Below, one piece after another: positions 60,135-64,000 of a stretch of DNA of 64,000 nt. Each line of letters opens with the position of its first letter. Position 1 is the first letter of the stretch. A program made the position numbers and the translations under genes. The notes below the pieces were generated by a model. It did not search any database, was not told the DNA's origin, and saw only the letters and a list, made by a program, of their open reading frames with translations. The DNA lies in contig CBDEFM010000001.1 in assembly GCA_965237415.1 (NCBI GenBank), positions 96,001-160,000 on the forward strand, in the 5' to 3' direction. The stretch is from Alphaproteobacteria bacterium. GTDB taxonomy: Bacteria; Pseudomonadota; Alphaproteobacteria; UBA828.

Positions 60135-61112
60135 TCATCGATCGTGACCGTCTGCTATGGCTGTTACCGGCGGTTCGGGTACCGCCGTGCCTTGGTCGTC
60201 ACCCTTTGGACGGCTGTGCCGGTGTGTTTCATCCGGAGGAGCGTGCTGGAGGCGAGCGCCGGCCTCGTCGCCATCGGCCTTGCCGTCGACGCCTTGCAGA
60301 TCGACCGAGTCGGCCGGGCTAAGATCGAACTGATTGCCGTGGGTGTTGCGACTGCCGCAGTCACCGCCCCTCCCCCAGGCTTCAGACGCTTCACGCACGG
60401 CGCCCCAGTCCAGCTCGAAGCTCAGTCCTGGCCCGTCGAGGACGGGCAGCCCGCCGCGCCGCAACGTCAGGTCGGGCTGCTTGACGATGTCCCACGCCAG
60501 AAAATTGTTCATGTACTGGTTGCCATCTTCCAGGTTGGGGGTCACCGCCGCCGCATGGGTCGCCGCCACCGTGGTAATTCCCGTCTCGTGCAATCCGTGG
60601 ATGCAAACGTCGATGTTGGCCGCCTCTGCGATATGCGCCACCTTGCAGAAGCGTAGCAGTCCGCCGGTCTCGTGCAGGCCGACAACCAACAGGTCGGCGG
60701 CGTGCAAGCGACAAACGTCGAAGGCGCCGCCCAGCAGAGCATGAACGGGGCGGCCCGCCGCCTTGCCCATGGCGTCCCACAGCGCCATCTCGAGCCCCGC
60801 GAGCGTCTTGCCTGCGAATGTGGGGGCTCTGCAAGCCTCCTCACGCCCGAACAGCGCCTGGTAGGCCTCGCCAATCAAGCGGGCATTCTCGAAAGGACTG
60901 CGCCCGATGCAAAAATCCGCCGCGAGCGAGAGATGGGCGCGGACGGCCTCGGCCGATGGCGGCGCAATCGACTCGCCATAGCCGACCACGCCCTCGTCGG
61001 TGTGGACCTCGACCAAGATCACCTCGGCGCCGTGGGTGACGCCCTGGGACCAGTGAAAGGGCTGCTCGTAGGGGATCCAGAGCGGCGTCGTGACGATCTC
61101 GCTAATCTTCAT
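60135..61112 (-). pseudogene. Mandelate racemase/muconate lactonizing enzyme family gene with in-frame internal deletion
   Basis: Capping domain through ALWDAMGKAAGRPVHALLGGA joins directly to FDVCRLHAADLLVV...GG; barrel motifs (KxK, DxN, EQP, DE) are absent; reads through into a non-homologous tail after ~60375. Confidence 0.75.
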
Positions 61113-61287
61113 GTCCTCTCCTCCGGCGCTCGGCGCCTTCGGTCGCCTCAACGCAGCCTAAGGAGCCAAGCGCCCCACCCTGCCCTCTAAATTGGGAGAT
61201 TATATACGAAGGTCACAACGACTTGGACGCAGTCAGTGACGTGCACGGCGTTGACCGAGGACCACCCGGGGCGATACACTATCCTCT

Positions 61288-61521
61288 ATGACCGAGGAAG
61301 AGCGGAAGATATTCAACGGCCTCGTCGCCGAAGTTTTGGTCCTGAAACTCGCTTTACTCGATCTGTACCGACACGTTCACCGAGACGGAGCCCGGGACCG
61401 ACTGGCCGCACTTTTTGCAGATGCCTTCCCCGATGCGTCGGGGGATCCAGAAGAGATCGAAAAACTCACTGCGTATTCGGGAGCAGCCAAAAGACTCTTG
61501 GATGACATCCGGGACTACTGA
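61288..61521 (+). CDS. Small hypothetical protein (77 aa), IS passenger
   Basis: Helical-looking ORF in the low-GC segment. Confidence 0.5.
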   Translation: MTEEERKIFNGLVAEVLVLKLALLDLYRHVHRDGARDRLAALFADAFPDASGDPEEIEKLTAYSGAAKRLLDDIRDY

Positions 61522-61577
61522 TTCTCGTTCCATGTCTGGTACTTAGGAAGAACGCCGCAGAATATAATTGGCCGGGG

Positions 61578-61808
61578 TCACGTCTCCGGGTTCTCTGGTA
61601 TGGGCAATCTTTCTCGTAGAATGTCGGCTATTGAGTCGATTCCGAGGTAAAGAAGATCGAGACGTTGATTCACTCCGTCGAAATGGTCATCAAGATCCTT
61701 TCTCAGGGATTCTATCTGTTTGACGACCGCGTCCATTCTGACCTCAAGGCGTCCCATTCGCTCTTCGAGTTTACTTAGACGTTCAGCGGGGGGTTTCTCG
61801 TCGCTCAT
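61578..61808 (-). CDS. Small coiled-coil hypothetical protein (76 aa), IS passenger
   Basis: Heptad pattern LSKLEERMGRLEVRMDAV; GGAG upstream. Confidence 0.55.
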   Translation of the reverse strand: MSDEKPPAERLSKLEERMGRLEVRMDAVVKQIESLRKDLDDHFDGVNQRLDLLYLGIDSIADILRERLPIPENPET

Positions 61809-61841
61809 GCGGGAGAGTGTATCTCCCGGAGTGAATCGGGG

Positions 61842-62027
61842 TCAAGCCTCCGGATCCCTAACCACCTTTACCGGTCGCAGCACCGCCCGCGCCAACTCTT
61901 CCGGAGTGGCGTCGATACTTACATCCTCCCGTAATTCGGCTCGGGTCGGCTGGTAGGTATGGGGTTTGACGCGGATCGTGGGCCGCGTCGACTTCCGCTT
62001 CGGCTGGGGCTTCGGTCGACTCGTCAC
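61842..62027 (-). CDS. Small hypothetical protein (61 aa), IS passenger
   Basis: Basic N-terminus then YQPTRAELREDVSIDATPEELARAVLR. Confidence 0.55.
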   Translation of the reverse strand: MTSRPKPQPKRKSTRPTIRVKPHTYQPTRAELREDVSIDATPEELARAVLRPVKVVRDPEA

Positions 62028-62167
62028 CCCGGCACGGTGCCATCGGTTCGTTTCTCAGTCCACTCCTTTCGTGACCCCTTGACCCCCGATCCCCGATCCG
62101 CCTACGCTCGTCCCCGTCAACGTCATGGGTACCCGCAGGTCGGGTCGCCCGCCGAATACAATAGCCT

Positions 62168-62300
62168 CTAGTCACCTGACACTGAAGTTGAGATCATTTT
62201 CAATTGGCAGTGTCGTCACACTAAGTCGCTCTATTGTCGAAGAATGTGGTCGTGCAATATAGTTAGCTTTATGTGGCGAACTTCAGATTCAGGTGACTAG
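62168..62300. mobile_element. 133-bp MITE, copy A (CTAG-bounded, ~22-bp imperfect terminal inverted repeats)
   Basis: CTAGTCACCTGACACTGAAGTT...AACTTCAGATTCAGGTGACTAG; inverted copy at 63107-63239. Confidence 0.85.
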
Positions 62301-62416
62301 CCCGGCGCCGGGTAGCTCCCGACGCTTAGGCGAATAGGCGGGGCATCACGCAACCCGTGACGTTGACAACGGCCCGGCACCAGCGCCGGGACCGGGACGG
62401 CTCAGCGGGGTGTGAG

Positions 62417-62929
62417 ATGAGATGGACGATGATAATGGTCACGGCATTCTTGGTGACGACCGGGGCCGTTGCGCAAGATAATGATGCGTTCCAGCAGTTG
62501 TCCAACTACCTGACGACGGGGGACCCCCTCCAGGAGGCCAACGGAATCGCCACCGCTCGCATCTATGACCGAACGGGGTGCGTCTCTGGGATGGACGACA
62601 GTCAAGGCGGTTACGTGCGGATCTTCTGGAATAACGTCGACCCCGCCGCCATTGAGGTCAAGTACCACTATATTCCAGGGGATGAATATCTTGGGACCAC
62701 GGGCGATAGAATCCTGGTGCTGATTCTTGCGGGAGATGAGACCGTCGTGGACGCCCAAGCGAAAAACGGGCTGCTCTACCTCAGTCTCGTCATGACCGGG
62801 GTTACACCGGGCCGTCACTCTCGGGTTATGCTACCGGTGTACAACTTGGACCCAGATCGACTGCGGCGGGCACTGGACATTCTGTACGCTCGGCATTGTA
62901 CCGGGACGAAGAGTGCCGCCGCGTTCTAG
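62417..62929 (+). CDS. Hypothetical secreted protein (170 aa), IS passenger
   Basis: Sec-type signal MRWTMIMVTAFLVTTGAVA-QD; two Cys in the mature part. Confidence 0.65.
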   Translation: MRWTMIMVTAFLVTTGAVAQDNDAFQQLSNYLTTGDPLQEANGIATARIYDRTGCVSGMDDSQGGYVRIFWNNVDPAAIEVKYHYIPGDEYLGTTGDRILVLILAGDETVVDAQAKNGLLYLSLVMTGVTPGRHSRVMLPVYNLDPDRLRRALDILYARHCTGTKSAAAF

Positions 62930-62955
62930 ACCAAACCATCAAAACGGGAGGGTGT

Positions 62956-63378
62956 GTGGTGAGTGAACACGATTCGTATGACCCCAAAACCGTCGATTTT
63001 TTATTGAGGGCGTTGGTGAATTACGTGAGAAGTCTCCATGGACTTGACCTCACCGAGGAGGATTACCTGTTCAAGGCACTCGATGGTACCATCAAAGGCA
63101 TGATGCCTAGTCACCTGAATCTGAAGTTCACCACATAAAGCTAACTATGTTGAACGACTAAATTCTTCGACAATAGAGCGACTTAGTGTGGCAGCACTGC
63201 TAATCTATAACGATCTCAACTTCAGTGCCAGATGACTAGCTTGAACAATCCGAAGGGTCTTGACGTCAAAAAGGCCGAAGAAATCCGGGTTGATCTTGAA
63301 ACCATCTGTACCATTCTGCAAAGGCTTCAACATGAGACTCACGATCAAGATAGTCTTCCGATTTCGGTGGATCTCTAA
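62956..63378 (+). pseudogene. Small hypothetical gene (~97 aa) interrupted by MITE copy B
   Basis: GGGAGGG RBS then GTG; deleting the MITE plus one CTAG gives an open frame ...IKGMMP-SLNNPKGLDVKKAEEIRVDLETIC...ISVDL-TAA. Confidence 0.75.
63107..63239. mobile_element. 133-bp MITE, copy B (inverted relative to copy A)
   Basis: Reverse complement aligns without gaps to 62168-62300, 15 mismatches by manual count (~89%). Confidence 0.85.
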
Positions 63379-63411
63379 CTTCGGGGTAAACGGCGTTCTC
63401 TTCCATAACAA

Positions 63412-64000
63412 CTATTTAGTCGGCTTCGCCCCCGACTCAAGTCCGTTATCCGCGATCAGGTCTGCGTAACGCAGCCGTTCCCCCATCAGCCCCGTCACAA
63501 TGCTAGCCATCTGGTCGATGGTATCCGCGTTCCGGGCGTTGTGACGGCCTGCAAACTCGGTCACGTAACGGTCGAGGTGCTTCGGGCTCATCTTGTGGTA
63601 AGTGACCACGTATCCCCGCTTCATCAATGACCAGAAGCTCTCCAGGCCGTTGGTGTGCGCTTGGTCCCTAACATACTCCCCGACCGAATGCCGGACGGTC
63701 TCGTGCGTATAGGGGATGCCTTTGTAGGCTGAAGCCTCGTCGGTATAAACGGTGCCCCCAACGGCGACGTGGTCGCTCACAAACGCCTGTATCGTCCGCC
63801 TTGTCGTATCCTCCACCACCCGCGCATGAATACGATTGGTGTCCCGGTCCTTGAGGCCAGCGACGATGGACTTACCGGCGCCTCCGGTACCAACATGCTT
63901 CCGGTTTTTGACGTGCTTATTTTTCTCCAAACCGCCGATGAAGGTCTCGTCCGCCTCTACGGGACCGGTAAAACCTGTGCGGTCCTGCACGAACGATTGC
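63412..64000 (-). CDS. IS1595-family DDE transposase, 5'-partial
   Basis: GPVEADETFIGG, VYTDE, HTNGLESFWSLMKRG, SPKHLDRYV.EF..RHN. Confidence 0.93.
   Translation of the reverse strand, partial: QSFVQDRTGFTGPVEADETFIGGLEKNKHVKNRKHVGTGGAGKSIVAGLKDRDTNRIHARVVEDTTRRTIQAFVSDHVAVGGTVYTDEASAYKGIPYTHETVRHSVGEYVRDQAHTNGLESFWSLMKRGYVVTYHKMSPKHLDRYVTEFAGRHNARNADTIDQMASIVTGLMGERLRYADLIADNGLESGAKPTK

Larger units (their letters stand above)
61195..64000 (-). mobile_element. IS1595-family element with passenger genes (probable ISNwi1 group), extending beyond the window
   Basis: Abrupt GC drop at ~61190; GGAGATTAT at 61195 fits the ggnnatTAT end I recall for the ISNwi1 group; transposase at 63412-64000 points toward this end. 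Confidence 0.6.

Noticed and set aside
60144-60360. Plus-strand hydrophobic stretch resembling a membrane-protein fragment
   Set aside because: Short, with no clear start or recognisable family; cannot be supported without a search.
62168-63239. Integron attC sites or CRISPR repeats
   Set aside because: No RYYYAAC/GTTRRRY cores, the copies are inverted rather than direct, and they are too long for CRISPR repeats; the MITE interpretation fits the restored ORF.

Overview
High-GC (roughly 68-70% by eye) alphaproteobacterial chromosomal segment; rpoZ-rsh, gltA, rarA-crcB-rluA-ATP12 and cobTSC fit a Rhodospirillales-like lineage. In order: a DUF433/VapC45-type toxin-antitoxin pair; an N-methylglutamate-like (gmaS/mgsABC-like) operon transcribed divergently from a GntR/FadR regulator, a polyamine-type ABC importer and a two-subunit N,N-dimethylformamidase; an ABC-2 exporter; cobalamin nucleotide-loop genes; housekeeping genes and tRNA-Glu(CTC); a partial sulfur-oxidation set (YeeE, soxF/E/Z/Y); a second polyamine-type ABC importer with no ATPase; tRNA-Arg(ACG) followed by a deletion-fused peptide-ABC remnant; dgcN-dgcA; an AbrB/VapC pair; a five-gene corrinoid methyltransferase operon of the type known from anaerobes (unknown CGxxH-repeat protein, MtaA/CmuA-family Zn methyltransferase, corrinoid protein, RACE activator with an extra Cys4 N-terminal segment, AcsE-type methyl-THF methyltransferase); nucleotide-sugar genes; a vWA/J-domain pair; and an internally deleted enolase-superfamily gene. 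The lower-GC right end looks like an IS1595-family element carrying small passenger genes, with two inverted copies of a 133-bp CTAG-bounded MITE, one of which interrupts a passenger ORF that is restored when the MITE is removed. All family calls come from motif recognition; no searches were run.
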